The position numbers and the translations under genes were made by a program. Positions 12,758 through 26,500 of a stretch of DNA of 64,000 nucleotides are shown one piece after another. This stretch comes from Balanoglossus misakiensis. Taxonomy: Eukaryota; Animalia; Hemichordata. Within the stretch, counting starts at the first letter, position 1. Each line of letters starts with the position of its first letter. The stretch covers positions 11,263,351-11,327,350 of the forward strand of contig CM082585.2 in NCBI GenBank assembly GCA_040954595.2, given 5' to 3'. The notes below the pieces were generated by a model that saw nothing but the letters and a program-made list of their open reading frames with translations, did no database searches and was not told the DNA's origin.

Positions 12758-14059
12758 CTATAAGTAGAAACAAGCAGCGGAGTAAGTCATAAAGTGACGC
12801 ACGAAGAAGGATTCACAATAGTTTTCGAGCTAAAGTCTCTTACTACAGTAACGACAACTTGTAGAAGGTTTCTACTTCGTCAAACAAAGATCAAACACGA
12901 GTGCGACTTTTAGCCATTATTTATAACTGGACAATAACTGTTCATAAGACAGAAATGAGAGAATATACCATGAACATAGTTTCCATATTCTATCCGCCAT
13001 GCAGACCAATTACATGATGAGATACCGACAATTGTCGTGCTGTGAAGAAGTCAAAGTGCATCGCTCAAGAGCACAACATCGTGACAATGTCTACAGCTCT
13101 CGAACTTCCAACTATCCCAGACTTAAAGCAACTTACCATCTCTAAACGCAGACGACGATTTTCACAGATTGTCGGTGGGAAACGCCGGTCCCAAACGACG
13201 ACGTCGACGTTTTTCCACTCTCACCTAACAACTCAAGGCTGCAAATATGGTTGTATTTGGTATCGAAAGTAACGCAACTTTAACGATTCCGATCGATAAA
13301 GCATTAATTCTTTCTCTAGTTGGTCACATGGTATGCTGTTCTATTGTTTTCTTTGTCGTTGAATGGATGGATTAATAGTCTTGCGTTTTTATTGCGTTTT
13401 GACAATTGTTCATCCGGGTTCGATGAATATAACTGGTTATCCTGTGACGCGGATGTGTTACACAGTTACCATAACAACACCAACAGTTGACGGTAATGTC
13501 TGCCATCTTGGATAGGTTTCTGCTGAGGCTGTTTAAGTGCCAGGTGAAGTTTCAATCACCATTTTTCTTTTCTACAACACCAATACACAACACCAAGATC
13601 AATCACAGACAGACATATTCTTGTACCTACCAGAAAATACACACTCGGTGCATTTTCAATAAGTTTCGTGGCAGTAAAACCTAGAACGAGATACCACTAA
13701 CTTGTAAGCATTCTTAGCATAACCAATAGAAATAGCTTCAAAAAGAAATTAAGAGAATACCTCATTTCTATTCAATAAGTTTTCATTCCTTTATTGTACG
13801 TTTCATTGTAATCATTATATCCCTATTTCCTTGTTACCACTACGCTTCTACACACCTATATCGTATTAATAAGTGTAGTCTGTATTATGTTAAATAGGAA
13901 ACAGATATTGCAAGATTCACTAAATCTTTTCCTGTTTTCCAGTCATAGAATTGTTTTCCTATATGCTATGGAAAATTGTATATCTTGTACAGAAGGCATC
14001 TGTACATATGATTATTCCAATTTCTTTCATTTAATTTCGTGTACATGTATCGTGTTTAT

Positions 14060-15745
14060 TTATATGGCGAATACAAAAAGTACAATCAGTAATTTGAAAG
14101 AAACGCTTAACGTCGTAGCGCCCGCAGTGGTCGTGTTTGTTGTAACCCCCGAAGTGGTCATCTTTGGTGTAGCGCCCGCAGAGGCCATGTTTGGTGTAGT
14201 CATCACCCCTTCGGCGAGTGTGGTGACGATGTCAAGTTGTGTTGTAACTTGTACTTCGGGACATTCTATCGGCCCGATTCCGGATTCTCCAAACGGGAGA
14301 CAGTCTATGTTGTTACTCTGGTCTGCGTCGTCAAAGGTTGCATTCTCACCTGCAATAATGAATCAATCGATATTTATGCAATAACCGTTATTAATTGGAA
14401 ATGTATACGGCAAGATATATTGATAAAATGACGTTCTTCACAGATACCCACCCTTTAAAAATTGTACACAGAAGTACGCAAAAGACTCGCAGTTTTCTGT
14501 AGGTATTTGTACGCTGACTTGATTCCCCGAGTATGACGTCACATCCCATTCATCAATACCACTACTGAGATCCCCGGATGTCAATGTATCGGTCAGGTAG
14601 AATATGACAGCAGCGGTGTCGCTTTCGTCATCGGCGATGAAGACTTCGAAGCCGATGTTCGACGCCCCGCCGGGAACTTTCGTGCCTCCCTGGTTCTCTA
14701 GATCGATGGAGAATGTGACGTCGACTGAGCTGTTGTAACTGTAATTAGCATAGGCTGGAACGACATCCAGATTGGACACTGCCACCTCTGCCAGAAAAAG
14801 ACCAAAAACCACCAAATTTATCATCGCAAGCGGATTGGGTTATAATCAGAGAACGGTCGCAAAATTGTTTGGCTAGAGCCTCTGTAGCTATTAAAAGCAT
14901 GAAATTCATTAATTTACCAACAGAAAAATTATAAATGTATCATGTGGAATACCTGATGGGCAATCAGTCCTGCCAGCTTCGTTCTGTATGAATTTTAAAC
15001 AATCAAAATCATTGGCACTGTCGCTGTCTGTATATGTAGCTGCAGGATCCTTCTCTATTACCACACACAGATGACTGTGTGTTCGACACTTGGCCGACGG
15101 GTACACTATGTCGTAGAATGCACTGGTGTAGAAGTGTTCACCGCCATTGGGCAGTGAACTACTGCGCTTGTTACCACCGTCGTTTAGATTAAAGTCCGTC
15201 TCTTCGACAGGATCTACCATATTTCCATTTGCATCGAGAGTAGAAAAGTACATCTTGACGTCATAATTGATGCCGGTAGCGGGCGCTGGAAGATCATCGG
15301 GACCTCCATTCCTGACGTACATCGAAGCAGCTTCAACGGCAGTTGGAACATCCGTTTGATAGATAATTGTATTCAACGTCGGATCCGGGTTGGTCATGAC
15401 GAAACTTTCCAGTCTTAAATCTGGAAGATTTGTGAGAGTAAATTGCACTTTTGTCTTATGAAACTTGAAGCTAAATGGGACATGTTAAGGCGGACAATAT
15501 ATTGGCGTTAGGTGTCATTCTGGGGTTCCAAATAAATTATTGTCCTAGTTCTACAAGTCAACTTCTATCAAACCGATGAGACAGAGAATCCACCTGCTGG
15601 GAGTTTGGTCATTCCATCTACAAATCCTTTGAACAATCTGTCCAGCAGCGGACGATAATTTCTGCATTGGGTACTTACTGCAATTTTGTGCGAATGCGTG
15701 GGAAAGAAAGATGAGCAGGAAAGCCGTGGTTGATGCCCAATCCAT
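14060..15745 (-). CDS. Surface protein paralogue C (probable GPI-anchored), about 386 aa
   Basis: Exons 15745-15679 (MDWASTTAFLLIFLSHAFAQNC), 15420-14953, 14787-14452 and 14349-14060. The last exon is missing from the ORF track and reads GENATFDDADQSNNIDCLPFGESGIGPIECP, a Thr-rich stalk, then AGATTLSVSFKLLIVLFVFAI* with no cytoplasmic tail. Confidence 0.85.
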
Positions 15746-15933
15746 CTGCAAGAAGACCAAATGTTGGTGATATTTACCATATTTACCACTGCCTTTGCAT
15801 CTTTTTTCACTGTACTGAAACTAGGTTATTCTCTGACGTAGAAAATTGATGATTACAGTTTGCTTTCACGTGTGTCGTGTTGTGGTCTTAATTCGGAGGT
15901 CATTTTTTTCCTGCCAACGTCCATTTGTGGATA

Positions 15934-16043
15934 TGGTGGTGGTGATGGTGATGGTGGTGGTGGTGATGGTGGTGGTGGTGGTCGTAGTGGTGGTGGTGGT
16001 GGTGGTGATGGTGATGGTCGTAGTGGTGGTCGTAGTGGTGGTG
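15934..16043. repeat. Imperfect (GGT/GAT)n microsatellite
   Basis: Direct reading: ggtggtggtgatggtgat... with cgtagt interruptions. Confidence 0.9.
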
Positions 16044-19000
16044 ATATGAATTGGACAAAAAGTTGACGTAATTCATATTAAGTCTGAGAGTGACGCTATA
16101 GTTGTCTTGAAAACCAAGTAAAACGCAGCCGTATTGTCTGTCAATTACGAATATCTTTCAGACACATCGCGGTCAGATAATAGATGCATATCTTTCAAAC
16201 CATAGCAACCATATCAAAGAGGAACCAAAAACCAATAAAGAAGTGATAAAATGACAACAACAAAGAACAGATAAGTATTTATCGGCCAGTTGAACGACTT
16301 CGGCTGTTGATTGCTAAAACGCCATATCAGTTTACGAGCTCAGTTTTGTCTTTTCCGTTGCGTAGCAACCCGCATGACATGGTTCTCTCTACATGTAATC
16401 ACGTATTTGGCTGTTTGTGATAACGTATTGTTTGACGCGAAAGTTCCAACACAGGAGAACCATTGTGTGTGGAGATAAGGTGTGGGTAAATGGACCACAC
16501 TCTGAAATATTGATTTATCATTCAGTCGAACGTTCTGAGTCTGGAACAACTTCTAATCGAGAAGTTTACTAAAAATGTAGGGCGATACTGAATGATCCAA
16601 AGCGCGCATTGTTTGCTACTGGTGGCATGGAAACGTTCCATGCTAGGGGCTTTGAACAGGTACCTTGTGTATTAAATTGTGAAATTTCGGAAAGTTTGGT
16701 GCAGATTTGTAGGAGCCGAGACGGTTTAAGTTAAGGCTACGAACATTTCCATATATGTGACATGACTGGCCAAGGGCACGAAAAGTGAAAAACCTGCGTC
16801 TTTTCGATTGTATCGTGGTTGTGTATTCTTTGTAAAGAAAACCACGAAAACTGTTCGTTCGAATTCTGATTATTTCTAAAATTATCCTTAGCTACCTTTG
16901 CTTTAAATTGGAATCTTTCGGTACACCCTGAAGTGTGTACAATAAAACCCTTCGACCTGATTCACTGACTGGGGATGCACTGTTTCCTTTCTGTGGCACA
17001 TACTGAATGTTATAATTATTGGGAAAAGATAATAGCATCATAATAAGTCATAATACCTGTCTGGTCTATTGTATACATCAATTAACCCTTTCCGACCCAC
17101 CGGCCAGTTGTATGAAAAGCTTCTCTACAACCGACGTAAAAACTTTTCATTCCGCTCGATATTGATAAAATATTTGAACGACTCGTCTCAGTTGCCATGC
17201 GAAATCCCTCGTTACACAAAAACACGCAGTGATCGACTTTATATTGCCCAATTCTTGTTTAGCGGTCACTGTATACAATGACACTTCAAACAAAGATGCC
17301 AGTTTCATTTGTGAATGACATCTCGCTGTAAAAGAGCGAATCGCCCCGTATCAGCGTTTGCTTGAGAACCCATGTCGTCAGCGTTGTATACGTGGGGTTC
17401 AATAAAACGTGGAATTCAATGAGTAATAAGAAATAAGGCAAGAAAAGTTTATTAAAAGAGCCGCCTCATGCCTGTGCTTTGTCTGGGTTCAATAAAGTGA
17501 AATGATCTCCATTATCGCCGTTACTTATACGGTCGTAGGATGGCCGATTTTTTCAGTACTCACTGAGTTTGTGTGATATTTCATGAAAGGCATATAACCG
17601 TAAAATACGTGACGCAAACAGTAGGCAATCTCCAGTGACTTCTGGAACTGAAGCTCATGTAAACAGTGTTCGACCGCAAACACCTCCTCCAATACAATCG
17701 TCCATTCTAAACTTGCGAATCATCATGATCATACAACTACCACAAGATTTGACAACATCTGGCAGAATTAACTTGTGGAAATACACGTCACGTATTTGGT
17801 CGCAACTTACCTGTGCTTTTCACAACTTGCTAGATTCTTTTCCTCAATATAAATTCTGCGAGTTTCGGTGCTTAAAATTCGGATTCGGTTCTTGTGGGCG
17901 TGGGTCTATATCCTGTGGAACAAACTTCGCTGTAATTTCAGACAATCTTTGAAACTTCGTTGTCTGAGGTGTAATGGATAAATCTGAAATGGGGCGTTCA
18001 CATATCTCCCAAGTCTGCTGTCGTCTCATTTAATATAGTGATGAAAGATTGACTGAGATGTAGTGTGTTGCTAAGCATCATGTTTATCTGTCTCCTGATA
18101 ATTTTTAAACCTGTGGTGTATTTTAACTCTATTGAGGGCTCACAAACAATATCAGAGCGCCAGTGCAGGGACTTCTTTTGGCCAACGTGTGCACCGTGTA
18201 AACATGAAACTAAACAACAAACAAATAATTTACAGAAAGGACTTGTATTTTGACGCAGTCTGAGTCTAATCACGGTAAAGCTTCTTGTCCCCTTTCCATG
18301 TCACAATTCAGCGGGTGCCAAATCTCTCTGTCTCGTGTCGATAACTTCAACCTGGAGTTATTTCTCCTGTTTAAACACCAGTGACACTTTTTGACAGCGT
18401 GGACGTAGCAACGACTGTGAACATGTGTAGCTAGGTTGCTATGTCAACCGAAATGCCATCATTTTAGCCTTCTGACATGCGCAGTCCAGATCAAGCGGAA
18501 TTTTTGCCGCATTGTTAGGAACAGTCTTGTGATTTACGCCTTGAAATAGCCAAACACACCTGTAAAACACAATTGACAAATGGGACATTATTTATCAGTC
18601 AATTATTTTTATAGTTTATACTTCTGTGCTGTGAATCTCTACATTGACTTCATTAGTCTCATCTTTTGGATAAACATTAAAATTTACGATGAATTTAAAC
18701 TGGCATATTACAAATAAAAAGCGCTTTGTCTCGCGCTCCCCCAGTGCAGTTTATTACAATCTGAGATAATTTATCGCTTCTCTTTATTAGTTCCATGGCG
18801 TAACTATTGCCACGCATCATTAACTGTTCATAAAGCCTAGACCATAGCTATGAATACAACTTGTCTTTTTGTCGATGCCCCGATTTTTCATTAAATTGGG
18901 GTAAAGCTGCCCTTGCCAGATGTTCGAGAAAAGACGAGAAACTGTTTCTTGCGGGTGTGGTTTTACTTAGATGAGTCACTCATAGGTATGTAGATCCCAG

Positions 19001-21290
19001 TTGTGCAATGTAGTTTTGTCGTATTCTTATACTGGGTGTCATTTCGCAAGAGTCGTGCTCCTCCAGAGTTCAACTTGAGTTTTCTAATAGACGTTTTTTT
19101 AATTAAGTGTGTCCAGTGCTACCTCCCCTAATTTACATGCGCAGATTCCGAGGATATCAAATTGTCTGCAGAGAAGTAGGTTACGCGATGTTTCCAATCA
19201 TTCTCTTGGAGCTTACAGTGTGCTGTATTTCGTGACAGATGACCGCGAATATTCTAACAGTGATAGACTCTACAGATCATCCATGTGACATTCTTGTAAA
19301 TTCATCTGACATTCTACTTCTGGACAGTGCAGCGCCCTATATCTTGGTGTCTGCAACTATACATGTATATATAGAGACTCAATCTGGTGCTTGTACACGC
19401 ACAGTAGCCCAACCTAGTAATCACCGTCCGTAACCATAGAAATGATCGACATGTTTGTTTTGTGCTCTTTATCAAAAGCCATCAAAAACTTCGCAGCTGA
19501 ACTGACCAGAGGAATGTCTCACAGCGAGATTTGTGTCGGTGCTACAGTGTATGCAGTGTCCTACCCAGAAACATGGACACCCGTGTTTGTTTTTCTGCAT
19601 TGTCGATAAACAATAGATGCTTGAGAAATACTCGAGTATCTAGAGATAAATCAACCACTTGAAAACAATTAAAGATCAGACAGTGATCGCTGAATTGTTA
19701 TCAGTTGGCGTTGTGTCAAACTGAACGATCCGTTTCTCAATCTTCCAGTCTGGCTAGACGTGCAATCATTTTGCATTATAATGTCCTTTGGTCAGATAGA
19801 GTTAGTAAGTCTCAAAGCACTGTGTCACAAATAAATAATGTCATTTCACCCAGCCAGAGCAAGACATACTTACCCCCCCCCCCCCCGGTCGTTGCACTTT
19901 TGTAGTGGCCAGCTTTTTCACACTTTAATGCGACATCTCATAGTCACGTCAGCCACTGCTGCAAACATGTGTATTTTTTAATCTTCAAAACTAAACGAAA
20001 TAATCACGATGCAAAAATACATCTTCCATATTTTGCATTTGAATTTCATTTATTATTCAACACACAAACCTTGAGTCAAAATATGATACATGCTTAAAAC
20101 TACATCAAAGAAAATGAAAAGAAGTACCATGTGTCAAGCAGCCCCTATGATTTCCAAACTACATGGTATTTGTTTGGAGCTTCATATCTCTCTTCAGAGT
20201 AGGTCACGTGACGTAGACTCCTTCGCAAAGTGAAAGAACTGCACATGCTCAATAAAAGTTCAAAATTATGTACATCAACATTCAAAGATGTAATATTACA
20301 CACAACACCGCACACTATTTAATACATATACCTTTAAAAATCTCAAGAGGACAACACAGCGCCACTAACGGCGAATGTACATGTAATATATACAAATATA
20401 ATACAATAATATTATTTTAAAACCTTTCCTTTAAGATGTTACTGCAGTGAGAGTCTTATATTAACTTAGATTATTGCCATTGGCCATTAAGTGGACATTT
20501 GATTTTTCGAATCTGATCAAGTTGCTATAGTCCTATAGGATGTTCTATCGTCAACAGGTGTCTGGATACTATATCGTACATATTATAACATACATGTATA
20601 TGTAACAAACCAATGACTATTCGTATATTTCTGGAAACTACCTTACTGCAGTACTGTTTTCTTGCATAAATAATACCGTTCACTCCGTGGCATATTAAAT
20701 GTCGTATTCAGTAAAATATTGTTAATTTTCAAATAGCTATTGGATGTACTCCTTGTAAGAAATGTTTCAACTTCGGCAAATATTCAGCAAAGACGTTCAA
20801 ATCATTATGTACAACATAAGTGTAAACAACAACGTATAATTGGACGGATAAAACCTAGTAGTATTTCCATCTCATTAAAGCTTGTTATGCAAATGATACA
20901 CAAAGGTGACTTGAAAAAATAAAAATCACAGCACATGGTCTCTGCGAAACCGGATATCAATCGTGTGATATCGCCACAGATCGTTAATACATGTAATCTT
21001 ATTGTGAAACGCTGTGTGCATATCAGTAAGCTGTTGGCTTGTCACCTCATAACGCCCGGATGTAGCGTTTGAATTTCTCGCAAACTAACATCAAATTTGG
21101 AAATCACGTGAGATCGTGTACTGATGTGATGTCACTATCTTAGTACTGTTTTGTGGGCCGTATAATGATCCTCGATTTAAAAGCATGAAGTTTGTCTTTG
21201 TATTGTTTCAGTGAAGATATTTCAAAATTTTCAATGTAAAAAATGGGAAACGATATTTCACACTACATTTAATGTAATTCATGCGAGTAA

Positions 21291-23504
21291 TTATGTTGAA
21301 ATTTCTAAAACTGTGGTATTGGTTTCCAGATTTTCCGTCGGCACTGGTCTAGCATCTCCGTTTGAATTCGGGTTGTCATGGGTAACCGGGTCATCTGGGG
21401 TCACTTCGTTGTTGTTACCACTTCCCATCTCAGTGTGCACTCTGGCGCCAGATCCGAGTCCCTTTAAAAGAAAAACTGCGACGACAGCAGCTGCAACTGC
21501 GCCGGCGGCGGCACAGCCAATGGCAATGCCAGCAACAGCACCAACATGCAAATTCACGTACCCGCTGCTATCCTCTCCAGAAGGGGTACTAACCAAAGTG
21601 GTCATGTTTGGAGTACTAGATGTTACTTCTCCGACGACGACGACGGTTGTAATGATCATTTCAGTGACGATTTCAGTTGGTTCTTCACCAGGACAGTCGA
21701 TCGGTCCAAGCCCAGATTCGCCAAACTGAAGACAAGCTACGTTGTTAGTGGCGTCTGCGTCATCAAACGGTGCACTAACACCTGGAATAATGATGGAATT
21801 TCAGTATTAGTATGCGCTGTACCTGATATATCCGGTGCAAGGCATATTAAGTTTAACATCAAATGTAATTGGCCATGTCTCCTGTCTTCTCATTTTGTTG
21901 GTGCGGTATCTGGTGTACGAATGCAGGTGATGCTGTGATTGGACATTTAATTTGTTATCACGTGTTTTGAGTGGATATTGATTCACTGCAAGCAAACGCC
22001 ACCTGGCGGTCACATTGCAAACTGATGCACAAATGCCTTGAGGTGTGATCTATTGATTTAGGAAACACCTTGCCTATCGCCAAGAGCCAATCAATATGTA
22101 TAAAGGATACCCACCTTTGTCAAATTTAACACAGAAGTATGCGAAAGACTCGCAGTTTGCCGCTGGTATTTGTACACTGACTTGATTTCCGGTGTATGTC
22201 GCCTTGTCCCACTCATCAATACCACTACTGAGATCCCCGGATGTCAGTACATCGGTGAGATCAAACATGACTGTCGCGGTATCGCTCGGAGAATCAGCAA
22301 TGAAGACTTCGAAGCCGATGTTGGATGCCCCGCCGGTTACTTTTGTGCCGCCTTCGTTCTCTAGATCAACGGAGAATGTGATGTCCACTGAACTGTTCGC
22401 GCTGTAATTGGTGTATGCTGGTGATATAACCAGATTGGACACTGCTATCTCTGGAAATAAAACATCGGAGTTATAAGAGTTATCGCTAAAACGTGGTTAT
22501 TTATTCCTGCCCTGGCCAGAAGAAATGGAAGTGAGAGTCCGTGGCTGAAAATTGAACTTAAAATATGCATTCTTTCATGGTCTAATCAAGTGACATGCGT
22601 TTGACATGACAGTAGAGATTGAAGTCACTGTATTTTTTGGCTAGGGGACATTTTGTGATACTAGTACATTTTGTACGAAATTTACAAACTGGTCGCACAG
22701 AAAGTGCATACCTGATGAGCAATTGGTCCTTCCAGCTTTGTCCAGTACGAACTTCAGACAGATAAAGTCATTGGAACTGTCGCTGTCTGTATATGTAGCT
22801 GCCGGATCCTTCTCTATTACCACACACAGATGACTGTGTGTTCGACACTTGGCCGACGGGTACACGATGTCGTAGAATGCACTGGTGTAGAAGTGTTCAC
22901 CGCCATTGGCCAGTAGTAAACGGCGTTTCTCACCAAGGTCGCGTAGATCAAAGCCCGTCTCTTCGACAGGATCTACCATATTTCCAATGGCATCGAGAGT
23001 AGAAAAGTACATCTTGACGTCATAATTGATGCCGGTAGCGAGCTCAGGAAGATCATCGGGGCCTCCAGACCTGACGTACATCGAAGCAGCTTCAACGACA
23101 GTTGGGACATCAGTTTCATAAACTATTACTGGACCACCGCTCGTAGGATCCGGATTAGTCATAACGAAAGATTCTATTCGTAAATCTAAACGAAAAAGTC
23201 AAAGAAAAGAAAACATAAAATCATTACTCCACGTGTTCATTTGTGCATGGAGTACAATTCTTTTTGCATCTTTTATGTACTATTTATTTAGCTCTTACAT
23301 TCACACGCCTAATGTCGTACCGATGTATGTCTGCTTGTCGCCCTGTCTGAGTCCATCATCTATGGTTCTACGGTGGGATCACCATGTATTGAATGATAAG
23401 TCAAAGCGATGACAATTTGTCATAGCTTACTTACTACAATTCTGTGCCAAGGCATGAGAGAGAAAAATGAGTATTAGGGCTGTAGTTGATGATGTCCAAG
23501 CCAT
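21291..23504 (-). CDS. Surface protein paralogue D (TM type, Gly/Ala-rich helix), about 456 aa
   Basis: Exons 23504-23435 (MAWTSSTTALILIFLSHALAQNC), 23185-22712, 22450-22115 and 21781-21291; phase-1 GT-AG introns. TM VGAVAGIAIGCAAAGAVAAAVVAVFLL is followed by an Asn/Thr/acidic tail. Confidence 0.85.
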
Positions 23505-26500
23505 CTGCAAGAGGGAAAGGAAAAATTGTTAATTCAACCCAAGATAAAAAGTTTCCTCATGCCCTTATTGTAAATTTATATTTTCAACTTTGAAAGTGTA
23601 AGAAGTGCTTGTTGGATGACGCTGTTCTCCAGCTATATTTTACACAGATTTTAGTAATCACTTAAGTTTTTCAACAAAGCCTTTGTTGATATGGGTCGTC
23701 AGAGTTCAGTCGTGTCGCCGTACTTACAGCACACACGAAACAGTGTATAGGGATGATGAGTACAATCATAGTATTATTGGGGAGACAAAGTTACCATAGT
23801 AACTGTATCAAGGGGGGGACCCAACCAAAGAAATGTACTGTAACAGTGTACAGAGCTGACCGAAGAAGTATTTGGTAGACAACTTGACGATTTACGAGCT
23901 GTTGAATGTGAAGCAATCGAGCGGTTTACGACCCAATCTTGTCATTGCAGTTGCTTAGCAACTCACTGAATTCCAATCAATCGTCGCAATATTTGGTTGC
24001 TGTGGTAACATGTATTGTTTGAAGAGAAAGTTTCGACACAGGAAAACCATTGTGTGGGGGATATAAGATCTGACTGAATGGAATACTCTTTGATGTAATG
24101 ATTTGTTATTCTGACGAATGTCCGTACAGATAGTTTGTTAAAGCCGCTACTCTAAAATCTGCTGCCAATTTAAACTTCAAAACAACTCGCGTTACTCACG
24201 GAAAAATACTAGCCTTCGGTGAATCACAAACCCACTTCCAATAACTTTAGCACTTGCTAGACTAAAGTCATGATCTTATAAAATATTAATTTTGTTGGCA
24301 CACTTAGTTGCCATGGCTTCGACCTTGCATGACCTTGGTGACTTGAGTTTGTACTGTTTCGTTTCAAACGGTACATTCTAAATGTTAAGTTAGAATAGAT
24401 GTTAGACCAACACTCGTTATACCCGTCTGTGGCTATTGTACCCATCAATTAACTTTTTCTGAATCTCCAGTTACTCAAAGTATGAACAGCTCGGTTACAT
24501 ATAAGGGAAAAATACTCGTCATTCCAATCAGTATTGATAAAATAGTTGTACTGCCCGTACCTGTTGTCATGCGTAGCCCCTCGTTACAGTAAAAACAGTG
24601 CTCGAGTTTAAATTGCCTAACTTCTCTTCAGTTACTGCATACAATGAGAATTTCAACAAAGATACTAGTTATATCTGTGAATAACATCTCACTGTGAAAG
24701 AATGTGTCGCCATTCTAGCCATCTCCTTGAGAACCAGAGTGGCCAGCAATATAGACGCACAATTCAATAAAAACTGGAATTTATTGAAGACTGATAAGAA
24801 AGGCGGCAGCCACTTGAAGAAGACGACTCATGCTCCGGAATCAAAATACTGTCCCGTGTAGACCCATGCTTTTTTGAAAGCTGCTATTCTGTGGTCGAGT
24901 TTGTCCGATTACTCACTGCATACTTATGCGTCATTTTATCAATTGCATCATTATACCTGACTGACACAGATACACATGTAATAATAGGAACCTTGGTGAC
25001 TGTCAACTAAGGCCATTTTAACCTGTTCATGCAAACACAGTGCCTACGCTCCTTCACAGAAAAGTACAACTTCTGAATCAAGGGTTCCTGTGGACCTGCG
25101 TGGTTTTAAAATCTCAAACCATACATTATTTTGTAACTGTTTATCTTGACTACCAAGAAGTTATGTGTAAGAAATGTTAAAGGTTCACGATTATATTGAT
25201 AACGGTGCCATGGTGTTGGTTATAATTACTTTATGGCGTTGTTTGTGTGACCACTTATGCGGGAAATAATTCTGTGCCATAAATGGCGATTATGAAGTAG
25301 ACAAATAATGACGCGTTTGGTTCCTCTGTATCCAAAATTTGCCCCCCCCCCCCCAAGTGCACAGTTTGACGTGTACTCAGAATGGAGTTGACCGAAGATA
25401 ACTTTGGCAACGGATATATTTTACAAGATTTATCATTTTAACTGGGCAAAACAGACCCTGACCACTTCCTCAATTCCCTGATCACCTCAATAAAATTAAT
25501 CCCTTGCATAATTGTTTTTAAATGTCTGGGCTTTTAATCCAGTTATGATTTCCTGGGGACCAACTGAGACATGTTGCCAGGTTATCGCTACTGTGCAAGT
25601 CCTATAGGTATAATCTGGTGGATGTTTTCTGGTTTGAGGCAGTTATATTCTATACATAATACAGTCAAAATTGTGTTAGTGGCCACCTCTATATAGTAGA
25701 AACTTGTCGACAGTAGCCACTTGGTGCAGTACTTGTACAATTAATATATACATTAATTGATCTGTCTACAAAGGCCACCCCTCTCTAAAGGCATACGTGA
25801 ACCGCAAGTAGAGTTAGCGTTGAAAGTTGAATTCAAGTCCGGACCCGAATTCATTTATAATAACAGCAGTTGATTTTATGTTGCCAGGTATCGTAGAATA
25901 TTTTGTGAAGCTGCAGCGAAGTGCTGTTGTTGATTCGCACATCATAACTTTAACAAGTTTAATATCTGTCAGAAATAAATTGATGTTCATAAGAAATAAT
26001 TATATTTAATTGAATTGTACTATTTCCTTATTCCTTGAACAATTTTGATATGTTCTCTGTATTTTTAAGTTACTCAACAATGTCTCGTAGCCCAGAAATT
26101 GTTTAATTGGTTGCACTATTTCCTTGTTTGAGTAATTTCATCATTTTTCTTCTGCTAAATTAAAGTGGAACTCCTGTTTTGCAAACTCAATTTGTATGTT
26201 CCCATGGAGTGTACTTGTCACCATTATTATGCCAATTAAGATTACGCGAAACAGGTGACATGTTTTTGTGTAGGTTTAATTGATTAGTGGTGGCCTCCAG
26301 GAAAGCGTTAAGTGTGATACATAATTATCTGTGTTCCCCTCTAATAAGCGGTCCCTTCGGTGACGATGTTTGTACTTCGCGTTGGGTCTATACGAAGTAT
26401 CCCAGAATGAAATTATTGAAATAAACCATGACTTGTGTCTTACATGGATTATAACCGCCGTTTTCGGAAATAAGTCGCATTTGTTAGCTATTATCGGCTT

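Noticed and set aside
15846-16066. Poly-Val and poly-Gly ORFs
   Set aside because: Translations of the GGT microsatellite.
5345-21938. Plus-strand ORFs antisense to the surface-protein exons (for example 5345, 10084, 13887, 21211) and similar ORFs antisense to the GPCRs
   Set aside because: Shadow frames of real minus-strand coding sequence with no independent motifs.
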